A stretch of DNA of 27,378 nucleotides, taken from positions 1-27,378 of the forward strand of contig JAEOSH010000024.1 of the NCBI GenBank assembly GCA_016840465.1, in the 5' to 3' direction. The notes under the pieces are model-generated. The model saw only the letters and a program-made list of their open reading frames with translations. It searched no databases and was not told the DNA's origin. This stretch comes from Candidatus Baldrarchaeum yapensis (GTDB taxonomy: Archaea; Asgardarchaeota; Baldrarchaeia; Baldrarchaeales; Baldrarchaeaceae). This document shows, piece by piece, positions 16,638 through 25,926 of this stretch. The translations under genes and the position numbers were made by a program. Each line of letters opens with the position of its first letter. Position 1 is the stretch's first letter.

Positions 16638-17957
16638 TTGGAGGTAGACGAGAAGTTGACGACTCAGATGAAGGCGGCAAGGTTGGGGCAAATAACGGAG
16701 GAAATGAAGGCGGTCGCACGGGTAGAGGACGTTCCCGAGGAAGTCATCCGGAGAAGGGTTGCGCGTGGCGTTATCATAATACCGAGGAACCTAAAGAGGG
16801 ACTCGCAGAAGGTAAAGGTTGTGGGAATAGGGGAAGGACTCAGCACGAAGGTGAATGTAAACGTCGGGACCTCGACGACCTACGTCAACCTAGAAATGGA
16901 AATTGAGAAGGCGCGGGTCGCCGTGGAGTACGGCACGGATACGATCATGGACCTGAGCACCGGCGGTGACCTCGATGAAATTCGGAGAACTTTAATAAAG
17001 GTCGCTCCGGTGCCCTTCGGGACCGTGCCCATCTATCAGGCTTTCATGGAGGCGGTTCACAAGAAGGGCGCGGGAATCTACATGGATGAGGATGACATTT
17101 TCAACGTGATAAGGAGACACTTGGAGGACGGTGTGGACTTCATGACAGTTCACGTCGGCATAACGCTGGATATTGTCAGGAAGTTGCAGAGGAGCGACAG
17201 GGTGACGGGGATCGTCAGCAGGGGAGGGGCAATGCTTGCGGCGTGGATGTTGCATCACGAGCAGGAAAATCCCCTCTACAAAAATTACGATTACCTACTG
17301 GAACTTGCAAGGGAATATGATGCCGTTCTCAGCTTGGGTGATGCCCTCCGACCCGGATCTCTTGCGGATGCTCATGATTACGCTCAGATGGCAGAGATGC
17401 TCGTGATATCCCGTTTGGTTGAAAGAGCATGGGAATATGATGTCCAAGTTATGGTGGAGGGTCCGGGGCATCTCCCCCTGAACCAGGTGGCGGCAAACGT
17501 CAGGCTGGAGAAGGCACTTTGTAAGGGCGCACCGTATTACGTTCTAGGTCCCCTAGTTACCGACATAGCGGCAGGCTACGACCATATAGCCTCCGCAATA
17601 GGTGCCGCAATAGCCGCAGCTGAGGGGGTGGACCTGATCTGCTACCTCACCCCAGCGGAGCACCTATCTCTTCCGGATGTCAAGGATGTGAAGGAGGGAC
17701 TCATTGCGGCAAAGATCGCAGCACATGCGGGAGACATCGTAAAACTTGGAGAAAAAGCGCTGAAAAAGGACTTGGAGATGTCCATAGCGAGGAGAAAACT
17801 CGACTGGGAGACCATGTACAAACTTTCGCCGGATCCCAAGCGTGCGAGGAGAATGCGTGAGCGGTTTGCGGCCTCGAGTAGGGGTCCATGCACGATGTGC
17901 GGGGACGTTTGTGTCTACATAATTTTGGAGAAGTACATGAGGAGGCGGGAGGAGTGA
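16638..17957 (+). CDS. thiC: Phosphomethylpyrimidine synthase (ThiC family radical SAM)
   Basis: KVNVNVGTS, DTIMDLSTGG, GTVPIYQ, VDFMTVH, VSRGG, SLGDALRPG, MVEGPGH, AAGYDHI, YLTPAEHL and CTMCGDVC. Start is TTG 16638 or TTG 16656. The Bza paralogs cannot be strictly excluded by eye. Confidence 0.9.
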   Translation: MEVDEKLTTQMKAARLGQITEEMKAVARVEDVPEEVIRRRVARGVIIIPRNLKRDSQKVKVVGIGEGLSTKVNVNVGTSTTYVNLEMEIEKARVAVEYGTDTIMDLSTGGDLDEIRRTLIKVAPVPFGTVPIYQAFMEAVHKKGAGIYMDEDDIFNVIRRHLEDGVDFMTVHVGITLDIVRKLQRSDRVTGIVSRGGAMLAAWMLHHEQENPLYKNYDYLLELAREYDAVLSLGDALRPGSLADAHDYAQMAEMLVISRLVERAWEYDVQVMVEGPGHLPLNQVAANVRLEKALCKGAPYYVLGPLVTDIAAGYDHIASAIGAAIAAAEGVDLICYLTPAEHLSLPDVKDVKEGLIAAKIAAHAGDIVKLGEKALKKDLEMSIARRKLDWETMYKLSPDPKRARRMRERFAASSRGPCTMCGDVCVYIILEKYMRRREE

Positions 17958-18427
17958 AGCTCCTCCAAATATGGGTTAAGGCTCCTAAACTGAAGGGCGC
18001 GGATCTCCTGATAGTGGGAGAGTGCGTCAAGGAGGTAAATCCGGAGGTCTTCGAGGAGTTCAGTAAGGGAAGAGTTGTGCTCTCCGCATGTCCCGAGGGG
18101 GAAAACTCCCTCCTCTACGGAAAGATAGGAACGATAATAAGGGCATCACGCCCCAGAAGCATAACTGTGCTGACGGTGGACGGCTCGCCGCACTGCTTCT
18201 TGTTACATGCTGCGGTGAACGAGGCGATCTTCATTGTGGGAAATGAGATCCCACGAAAACATTACGTACTGGTTAACGGGACAGAACTAGTCGAGATATC
18301 GCCCGATGCGGTGAGGGTGGCGAGATACCTCCACCTAGTGAACGAGATCATAAAGAAGAATCCGGAAGTCCTTAATGCCCTCGAGAGATGCAGTCTAGAA
18401 TACCTCCACTCTAGGGGGAAGTACTAG
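17954..18427 (+). CDS. Conserved Cys/His protein (homologous to the C-terminal domain of ferredoxin-fused Fe-S proteins), coupled to thiC
   Basis: GTGA start/stop overlap with thiC; ADLLIVGEC, ACPE and ITVLTVDGSPHC motifs; 157 aa. Confidence 0.75.
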   Translation: MKLLQIWVKAPKLKGADLLIVGECVKEVNPEVFEEFSKGRVVLSACPEGENSLLYGKIGTIIRASRPRSITVLTVDGSPHCFLLHAAVNEAIFIVGNEIPRKHYVLVNGTELVEISPDAVRVARYLHLVNEIIKKNPEVLNALERCSLEYLHSRGKY

Positions 18428-18436
18428 GGCTCATTC

Positions 18437-19303
18437 CTACCAGCATTTAATTATTTTCAGGCTCATGTCGAGAGGACGGACCGAGTGAGTTAAATACCCA
18501 GCGGAGATTATATCGACGCCTGTTCTCGCGTACTCGGTAACATTTTCGGGAGTAATTCCGCCAGACACCTCTATTAGAACCTTCTCCCTAAGTCCTTCCT
18601 TTTTGAGGGCATTTATTACCCTTTCCACCTCATCGGGCTCCATGTTGTCCAGCATTATTATATCTGCACCCTCCCGCGCCGCCTCCAAGGCCTCCTCCAG
18701 CGTGCGCACCTCCACCTCTATCTTTTTAGTAAAGCTTGCGTGCGCACGCGCCCTTCTAATGGCCTCTCTAACTCCTCCCGCCACGGCTATGTGATTGTCC
18801 TTTATCAGGATGCAATCGTCTAGGTGGAGCCTGTGGGGATCCCCGCCACCCACCATTATTGCCTTCTTCTCGAAATATCGGAACCCGGGAACCCCCTTCC
18901 TGGTGCCCGCAATTATCACGTTTTTATTCACCGCTTTCGCCCTTCGAAACATCTCAGCGGTCGCCGTAGCGATGCCGCTCATCCTCATAAGAATGTTCAG
19001 CGCCACACGCTCGCATACGAGTATGTTCCTCGCGGGACCTGTGACTTCCATGATCACTGTCCCGGGAGAAACCTCGGACCCGCTTTTCAAAGATTTTTCA
19101 ACAGTTACCCCGTTCATTATAAAGAACTCGGCAACCTCCTCAACCCCTGCAACTACCCCGGAGGCCTTTGATATGATTATCGCGGATGCCCTGGCATCCC
19201 TAGGGACAACGACCTCTGTTGTTACGTCCCCGAGTCCGACATCTTCCTCCAGGAACTCGGAAAATTTCCTAAACAAAAACGATGCATATTCGTGGCGCGA
19301 CAT
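18437..19303 (-). CDS. nadC: Quinolinate phosphoribosyltransferase
   Basis: EDVGLGDVTT, ERVALN...RMSGIAT, GTRK, HRLHLDDCILIKDNH, IEVEV, DIIMLDN, EVSGGI and VDIISAG.LTHS. Confidence 0.96.
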   Translation of the reverse strand: MSRHEYASFLFRKFSEFLEEDVGLGDVTTEVVVPRDARASAIIISKASGVVAGVEEVAEFFIMNGVTVEKSLKSGSEVSPGTVIMEVTGPARNILVCERVALNILMRMSGIATATAEMFRRAKAVNKNVIIAGTRKGVPGFRYFEKKAIMVGGGDPHRLHLDDCILIKDNHIAVAGGVREAIRRARAHASFTKKIEVEVRTLEEALEAAREGADIIMLDNMEPDEVERVINALKKEGLREKVLIEVSGGITPENVTEYARTGVDIISAGYLTHSVRPLDMSLKIIKCW

Positions 19304-19311
19304 GCCACCAC

Positions 19312-20142
19312 CTACGTTCCTATAACAATGGGCTCGGTTATCTTCCTCAAAGTTCGTATTGCTGAAAGGGCGGCGAGGTAGCTGGTCCTCGGATTTGAGG
19401 GAGACGGAACGTTCTTCGCAATCGTTATTATCTCCCCAAACGGACCCCGCGCCCTTATCTCGTGCATATTCCTATCTAGGGTCGGATCCGCAATTATCCT
19501 GACCTTGGTGCGCTCTGGACCGATGGACGCAATACTGAGGGTCATTGCAACGTTTATATTCTTCGGGAACTTTATAGCCGCTTCTCTCGCCGGCCCCTCG
19601 TAAACCACGACCGGCTCCTTTATATTTTCCAAGTTTATTCCCTTCTCCACGAGATATGGCGCATCACTAAGGGCTCGCGGAGGTTTTCTCGTTACAAGTA
19701 CGAGTTCCTCTATTCCCACAACGCTTGCCGCCTTTATCCCATCGATCCCCACTATCGCTCCCGATGGTATGTACACCTTTCTTCTGGTCTCTTCTGCAAT
19801 CCTTCTTACTTCCTCGAAGAGAGCGGTATCGGAGAACGCGCCCACGCTCATAACCATGAGGTCCTTTCCTGACCTGAGCACCTCAATGGCGTACTGCCGA
19901 ACGGCATCTTGTGATGCGGCCTCTATCACCAGTTGAACTCTTGGATTTTCAATGACCTCCTTAAAACTCGACGCGACAATGGGCCTCTTTCTTAAGGAGT
20001 TTGCGAGGACCTCCGCCTTTTCCCGCACTATGTCGTACAGTATTATCAACTCTGCATTCCCTGCCTTTCCCTCGTCTATTGCCCTCGCGAGTACTGTTCC
20101 TATCGCGCCGCATCCTATGATTCCCACGCCCATTTTGCTCAT
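19312..20142 (-). CDS. nadX: L-aspartate dehydrogenase
   Basis: Start reassigned to ATG 20142 (after GAGGTGG); GIIGCGAIG, VIEAASQ, MSVGAF, PSGAI.GIDG, YEGPAREA..KFP.NINVA and NP.TS.LAALS. Confidence 0.93.
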   Translation of the reverse strand: MSKMGVGIIGCGAIGTVLARAIDEGKAGNAELIILYDIVREKAEVLANSLRKRPIVASSFKEVIENPRVQLVIEAASQDAVRQYAIEVLRSGKDLMVMSVGAFSDTALFEEVRRIAEETRRKVYIPSGAIVGIDGIKAASVVGIEELVLVTRKPPRALSDAPYLVEKGINLENIKEPVVVYEGPAREAAIKFPKNINVAMTLSIASIGPERTKVRIIADPTLDRNMHEIRARGPFGEIITIAKNVPSPSNPRTSYLAALSAIRTLRKITEPIVIGT

Positions 20143-20156
20143 AACACCACCTCGCG

Positions 20157-21083
20157 TTACGCCAGCACCTCTAACATTCTCCTGATGCCTCTCTCGGCCC
20201 TTCTTGCAACGTCCTCCGGAACTGTGACGACCGGTCTTTCCTCGGCGAGCGCTGACAACACCCTTTCCAGCGTTATCATCTTCATCTCCCGGCAAACAGC
20301 ATCCTCCCTCAGCGGTATGAATTCCTTTTCGGGCAACTCCCTCCTCAATCTGTCAATCAATCCGATCTCTGTTCCGACAATGATACGTTCGGCATCCGTT
20401 TCGTGAGCAAACCTCACCATCTGGCTTGTTGACCCTATTGCGTCCGCGAGTTGCTGCACTTCAGGATCGCATTCGGGATGCACGATCACGACCGCGTCAG
20501 GATACTTCTTCTTTAGGCGTAGAACGTCCTCGGGCTTGAACTTTTTGTGGACATAGCAATGCCCATCCTCGGGAACCGGAATCACCCTCACACTGGTGAC
20601 CCTCTCCGAATACCACGCAAGATTCCTATCCGGACCCATAAACACCATACCATCATTCTTTACCCTCTCAACAACCCTCGGCGCGTTTGCGGATGTGCAA
20701 CAGATGTCTGCCTCCGCCTTTGCCTCGGCGAGCGTGTTAACATAAGTTATGAACGGGACATCCGGGTTTCTTTCCTTAACTCTCCTTACTAGGGATGCCG
20801 GAAGTTGTGCGGCCATTGGACACCGCGATTCTAAAGACGGCAGGATAACCTTGCGCTTGGGATTGAGGATGTGCGCTGTTTCCGCCATGAAGTCTACTCC
20901 ACAGAATATAATTATGTCGGCGGACGTTTTGGTGGCGGCTCTCGCAAGTTCGAGACTATCGCCGAGAAAATCCGCGATTTCTTGGATTTCGGGACGCTGG
21001 TAGTTATGTACCAGCAGTATGGCGTTCTTCTCCTCCTTTAACTTCAGTATCTTTTTCTGCATCTCCCTCACGCGGTCGCTCAT
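20157..21083 (-). CDS. nadA: Quinolinate synthase
   Basis: Start ATG 21083 after GGAGGAG; HNYQRPEIQ..ADF.GDSL.L, FCGVDFMAETA, CPMA, YVNT, CTSANA, PDRNL, CYVH, HPEC, GSTSQM, GTEIG and CREMK. Confidence 0.96.
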   Translation of the reverse strand: MSDRVREMQKKILKLKEEKNAILLVHNYQRPEIQEIADFLGDSLELARAATKTSADIIIFCGVDFMAETAHILNPKRKVILPSLESRCPMAAQLPASLVRRVKERNPDVPFITYVNTLAEAKAEADICCTSANAPRVVERVKNDGMVFMGPDRNLAWYSERVTSVRVIPVPEDGHCYVHKKFKPEDVLRLKKKYPDAVVIVHPECDPEVQQLADAIGSTSQMVRFAHETDAERIIVGTEIGLIDRLRRELPEKEFIPLREDAVCREMKMITLERVLSALAEERPVVTVPEDVARRAERGIRRMLEVLA

Positions 21084-21452
21084 CGAGTCGCTCCTCCGTG
21101 GTTCGAGTTTCGTTATCTCCATAGTTCGGTGCATTCAGGAATAAAAATTAGGAAACTGGTAAGACTTGTGCAAGGGGTCACCCGACTCGGCAATTTTTTC
21201 CGTTAGATGGGCATGTTGCTTCTGATATCTCTGCAAATAAGTATATGGGGAAGCGAAGACGTTATTGTGAATAAAGGGGTATTGCACCGATTTGGATGTT
21301 TTTCGAGAAAGTCGCATATTTGGACGTATAGAGGGTGAAAAATATGATGCTCAAATGTAAGAATGAAGGGGGCCGTATCGAATTGTATTTCGAAACCATA
21401 TCCTCGACGAATTCTCATTCTTCTCACAGGCATAGGGACACAATAGTAAGGC

Positions 21453-21478
21453 TTTATGTATATGTGTTCTATCACATA
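21453..21478 (+). promoter_or_regulatory. TATA-like element and inverted repeat upstream of the RHH-VapC pair
   Basis: TTTATGTATA followed by TATGTG-N6-CACATA (21461-21478). Confidence 0.5.
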
Positions 21479-21495
21479 AAAGCTAAGGTGATAGT

Positions 21496-21738
21496 ATGGT
21501 TAAACGCACAACTGTAATTCTCGATGACGACGTATACGAAAAACTCGTTAGGGAGAGTGTGAGAAGGTATGGCACCACTAAGGCCATTTCTAAGGTACTG
21601 AACGAGTTGCTAAGAGAAGCACTTTCGGCAAAGGACGAGATCATTCGCCTCTTATACTCGGATAAGGTTGTAAAGATCTCGGCAAGGGATTTCGAGGAGT
21701 TTCGTAGAGAGTTAAGCGGAAGGATTGATGATCGATGA
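21496..21738 (+). CDS. RHH/CopG-type antitoxin (VapB)
   Basis: KRTTVILDDDVYEKL...SVRRYG...ISKVLNELLR; ATGA overlap with the toxin. Confidence 0.85.
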   Translation: MVKRTTVILDDDVYEKLVRESVRRYGTTKAISKVLNELLREALSAKDEIIRLLYSDKVVKISARDFEEFRRELSGRIDDR

Positions 21739-22169
21739 TCATGGACACAACGTACATTTTACCTCTAGCACGGATAGATGTGGACACGGATCTACTGAAG
21801 GCAATCGTGGAGGGCAGAGTCAAGCACAGGGTTGATTTCCACGACCTCAAGGTAAGCTTAATTTCCATATTTGAGCTGCAGGCAAAGGGTGCGAAATTGG
21901 GTGTACCCCCCGGAGACGTTATTAAAGCTGTCGATGTCATTTTCAGGGCGTTTGAGGTTATACCCTTCTACCGTAAGGATATTGTCGAGAATGCTCATAA
22001 AGTGCGGAAGTTAATAAACGACTACATAGACTGCATAGTGCTCGCCACCGCAATCTCGCTAGACGAGGACCTGATCACGGAGGATTCGCTGATACTATCT
22101 ATGAAGGAGAAAATAGAGAAAAAATTCGGGATAAGGGTTTTCTGCTATAGGGATCTGGTGAAAGTGTGA
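21735..22169 (+). CDS. VapC/PIN-domain toxin
   Basis: MDTTYILP, SIFEL, DYIDCIVLATA and LITED motifs. Confidence 0.88.
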   Translation: MIMDTTYILPLARIDVDTDLLKAIVEGRVKHRVDFHDLKVSLISIFELQAKGAKLGVPPGDVIKAVDVIFRAFEVIPFYRKDIVENAHKVRKLINDYIDCIVLATAISLDEDLITEDSLILSMKEKIEKKFGIRVFCYRDLVKV

Positions 22170-22294
22170 ACTTAGATAAAGACTTCACTCACATTGTTAG
22201 CAATTGAAGGGAATGTGCGAAACGAAATTTTGTCATAAAAAATTAATAGAAATCACGTGAGCGGAAAGGTGGGTTTTCCCGATGAGTATCATCT

Positions 22295-23204
22295 CTATGA
22301 GGTCAAATGTCCGTGTATTTTGCTTATCTTCAGAATTCCGAATTTTACCTCAAACCTCTCGCATAAAGATGACACTTTCCTAAAAAAGCGTCTGAATATT
22401 CTTTTCCTGGATGCGATTTTCCTCCGTACAGTCTTCTGCACTTATCTAATACATCCGGAAAGAACTTGCTCACAACCCTAAAATACGCGTCCTTTCCCAA
22501 CACCATACAGTGTTAATGGACTGAAAAACACGTAGTCGACGCCCAACTCTTTTGCGGTGAGAACCATATTTTCCAACTCGTCATCTGAATCGGAAATGTA
22601 AGGCAAAATTGGCGTGTATGCTACTCCAGCGCAAAAGCCCTTCTCTTTAATTCTACCAAGTGCATCTAGCCTTTCTTTGGGATTCGGAGCCTTTGGCTCG
22701 AAGATCTTGGCAACATTGGTGTTTAGGGTTGAGAGCGAGAACGTCACTAGGACCCTCGTGATTTAATTTGTCCCTGAGGTCGGGCGGAAGTACGGCGGAT
22801 TTGCCGATATCCATCAGCAGGTTGAGGTCCCTCAGAATAAGGGGGGACTTTGTGAGGCAGTGCACGGGGAACCTGTATCTGGCTATCACTTCGAGGCAAC
22901 GTCTTGCCACCCGGTACTTCTCCTCAATGTACATCCAAGGCTTTGTGGCGGAACTCGGAGCGATGAACCCGAACTCCTTCCTCCTAGCTTTTCTGCGCAA
23001 CTCCCTCTCGAGGAGTGTAGGCATATTGACCTTTACCACCAATCCACTGCTCATGGAACTTCCGTACTTGCTCTCCCGAATGTAACAGTAGACGCAGTTG
23101 AACTCGCATAGTTGGTACGGGTTTAGAGAATAATCGTCAAGGAACCACTCATCCCTTCTCTTATGCTTGTTCAGTGACGTTTTCGCAAAGATCTCCCTTA
23201 CCAT
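22295..23204 (-). pseudogene. SplB/Rv2578c-like radical SAM (DNA-repair photolyase-like) pseudogene with about three frameshifts
   Basis: SLNPYQLCEFNCVYCY, TKSPLILRDL, then other frames give VTFSLSTL...FEP.AP.P.ERL, YFRVVSKFFPDVLDK and FRKVSSLCERF; shifts near 22757, 22495 and 22385. Confidence 0.85.
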
Positions 23205-23344
23205 TGCCTGCATCCTCAATTCTTGTAATGCATCGATCCGAGAAAAAGGTGTGTATCTAATACCACATCACACTTTCGATCGCAATTTTTATGAAAACAA
23301 CGTGAGAAGTTCTCGGTTCAAACCAAAAAATGAGGATAAGGAAG

Positions 23345-24273
23345 TCAGTAAAGTGCTGGAAGGTACTCCGTTCTCGGAGTTGTCCTCACGTACCTTATCA
23401 CCATGATTGCGATATCGATGATTATTACGACCAGTACGAGTATCGTTAGCATCTTTGCAAGCGGTATGTACTCCGAGGGTATGGGGATGGCCTTTATGTG
23501 CCTGAAGATGCTCGATGCTCCCTCCTTTTCAACCGCCTCCACGTCAACGGTCAGTACTTGGAGTTGCTCTGTGAAGATGTTCGCGAGTATCAGCCACGGC
23601 ACAAGCATCAGCGAAACCGCGGACTTCAGCACGTCAAATGCGTAGTTCTCCTGCTCCTTATACCTGACGTAAAAATACTCACCGAGGCATACAAGTCCGT
23701 AGAGCGTGAGGTAGGCGGTGACTGTGTAGATGAACAGTCTGCTGAGCCATTGTAGCGGTAGCGACAGTCCATATACGAAGACGAAGTATGCTACGGAGAT
23801 TGAGATGAAGGCGGATGCTACTAGGGAATCTGATGGTTTGACCCGCGGGAAGTAGCGGATCACGGGGACCTCTAGTGTTGCCTTTACAACTTCCTTTGAA
23901 GGCACTTTGACGCGTCTTTCTCTCCTACGAGATTTCAGCGACTCGAAAATCTCTCCGAAGGCGCGCTGTATCATCTCCTTCATCTCCGGGTTGCTGGACA
24001 CAATCGACGTAAAGATGTACAGGAAGACGAAGACGAGGGCCATGGAGAGGAACATCTCCAAAATTACCAGGAAGACCTTGAAGGGCACGACCACCTCGGA
24101 CGCGTAGAGGTAATAAGCGATCCTGATGGAGTAGCCTTATCAATCATGTGCGTCCTCAGTTCCTCGACGATGTCGTCTGCCTTCTCCTCCGGGAGATATC
24201 TCCTGAGTTCGTTCAGATAGTCGTCGATCAATTGGTAGACGTACCGTTCCTCATTCTCTCCCACCGCTCTCAC
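23345..24273 (-). pseudogene. HAAS-domain (DUF1700-like) membrane protein, broken by an apparent internal deletion/frameshift
   Basis: IDDYLNELRRYLPEEKADDIVEELRTHMIDKA (HAAS N-terminus) stops at 24064; a different frame carries GYSIRIAYYLYA and a multi-TM region to 23345. The membrane part could still be expressed from a GTG at 24094. Confidence 0.7.
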
Positions 24274-24616
24274 CCCCGTAGAGGATATTATTCACCACGG
24301 TGATGAGCACCGCCCAGAATGCCCGCATTTTCCTGAGTACGTCCATGCCGCGGGGGGTTATCTTGTAATACCTGCGGGCTTTGCCTTCCCTGTAGCGCCA
24401 CTCTCCCTTTAGGTATCCTCTCTCCTCCAGTCTCCTGAGGAGAGGGTAGAGAGTCCCCTCCTCTATCCTCAGAATGCCACCGCTCAGGGCGTCGAGCTCC
24501 TTTGAGATTTCATAGCCGTACATTTCTCTTGTGCTGAGGAGAGAGAGTATGCACATTTCGAGAATCCCTCGTTTCAATTCCTTTTTCCAAGCATCATCTT
24601 CGAAACTTTCACTCAT
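24251..24616 (-). CDS. PadR-family transcriptional regulator
   Basis: ELKRGILEMCILSLL, MYGYEI, EEGTLYPLLRRLE..G and RRYYKIT..G. Confidence 0.95.
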   Translation of the reverse strand: MSESFEDDAWKKELKRGILEMCILSLLSTREMYGYEISKELDALSGGILRIEEGTLYPLLRRLEERGYLKGEWRYREGKARRYYKITPRGMDVLRKMRAFWAVLITVVNNILYGGESGGRE

Positions 24617-24626
24617 CTTGGATCAC

Positions 24627-24670
24627 TATATACATAGTATCACTAGGTATCTTGTCGTGCTATGTATATA
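24627..24670 (-). promoter_or_regulatory. 11-bp inverted repeat over the padR promoter (putative autoregulatory site)
   Basis: TATATACATAG (24627-37) and CTATGTATATA (24660-70), 22-nt spacer; the distal arm reads TTATATA on the minus strand (TATA box). Confidence 0.6.
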
Positions 24671-24858
24671 AGGCTTATGAATCGGCACCGTCAGTGGGGA
24701 CAATTCTCGTGAAAATCAGGTAATATTCGTGTGGCTCGATGTCGTGGATTTAAGCAGCAGAATGGTCGAAATGGAGCTCGCAGTGACCGAATGATACCTC
24801 TAAAAATAGATGATGCTGTTATAGTGGCTTGATGTTGGTGTGAACGGTTGGGATCGAT

Positions 24859-25869
24859 GTGGCCGTACCCCGGAAAATAAGAATGTCTATAGGGACCGCA
24901 TCCGTGCTGGGGCTGATGAGGTGCTCCCTCTTAGCGAGACCAACGACCGCCTATCTCATGCTCTATATAGACGGGAGATGCAGAGCGAATTGTGGTTTTT
25001 GTCCACAGGCTAGGAGTAGTTCCACAAATACAAAATTTCTGTCAAGGGTTGTCTGGCCGCCCTTCGAGTTCGAAAAAGTGCTGCACGCGCTCAAAAGATG
25101 CAAATCCGTGGGAATTAGGAGGATTTGCGTACAAACCCTGAATTATGACAGGGTCGTCGAGGACACCGCCGACGTAGTATCTAGGATTCATGAGGAGGTC
25201 CCAGATGTCCCCATATCGGTATCGATACAGCCGATAAGCGAGGAGGGTATGAGGCTTTTGAAGGAAAGCGGCATCGAGAGGATTTCAATACCGGTGGATG
25301 CGGCAACGCCAGAATTGTTCGAGAAAGTGAAGGGATCCAAATGTGGGGGACCATACCGATGGGATCGGCATATGAGAGCGATTGAAACGGCATTGAGAGT
25401 ATTCGGCACCGGTAGTGTGTCTACGCACCTGATCATCGGGTTGGGAGAGACGGAAAGGGAAGCGGTAGAGTTCATACAGAAAATGACGGACATGGGCGTA
25501 CTGGTCGGACTCTTCGCGTTCACGCCAATAAGGGGTACGAGACTTGAGAAATTACCTCCCCCGCCGGTGGATCAGTACAGGCGCGTGCAGATCGCACGTT
25601 ACATAATAGTTCACAGGATTGCGCATGCGGATGATATGGAGTTCTCCGAGGACGGAAGAATAGTATCGTTCGGTATCGACGAAGCGACCCTTAAGGAGAT
25701 AGTCGAGAGTGGGAGACCGTTCATGACGAGCGGATGCCCTCACTGCAACCGCCCCTTCTATAATGAGAGCCCTCGCGGCCCCATTTACAACTACCCCTAT
25801 CCTCCTAGTCGTGCGGATATTGTGAGGATAAAAAGGGAACTGGGCTGGAGCGGTAATCAGGTACAATAG
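24859..25869 (+). CDS. lipS2: Radical SAM protein, LipS2-type archaeal lipoyl synthase subunit (biotin-synthase-related family)
   Basis: CRANCGFC radical SAM motif, LSRVVWP, and C-terminal TSGCPHCNRPFYNE matching the TxGCPxC(N/D)RP LipS2 motif. Confidence 0.78.
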   Translation: MAVPRKIRMSIGTASVLGLMRCSLLARPTTAYLMLYIDGRCRANCGFCPQARSSSTNTKFLSRVVWPPFEFEKVLHALKRCKSVGIRRICVQTLNYDRVVEDTADVVSRIHEEVPDVPISVSIQPISEEGMRLLKESGIERISIPVDAATPELFEKVKGSKCGGPYRWDRHMRAIETALRVFGTGSVSTHLIIGLGETEREAVEFIQKMTDMGVLVGLFAFTPIRGTRLEKLPPPPVDQYRRVQIARYIIVHRIAHADDMEFSEDGRIVSFGIDEATLKEIVESGRPFMTSGCPHCNRPFYNESPRGPIYNYPYPPSRADIVRIKRELGWSGNQVQ

Positions 25870-25926
25870 ACAACTCGTTTAAATCGTCAAACTCAATTAA
25901 CTTTAGAGCATGCGGATCGTGGGCCC

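Noticed and set aside
19312-20295. 327-aa nadX with a long N-terminal extension as in the ORF track
   Set aside because: The extension overlaps nadA and is low-quality sequence; an RBS supports ATG 20142.
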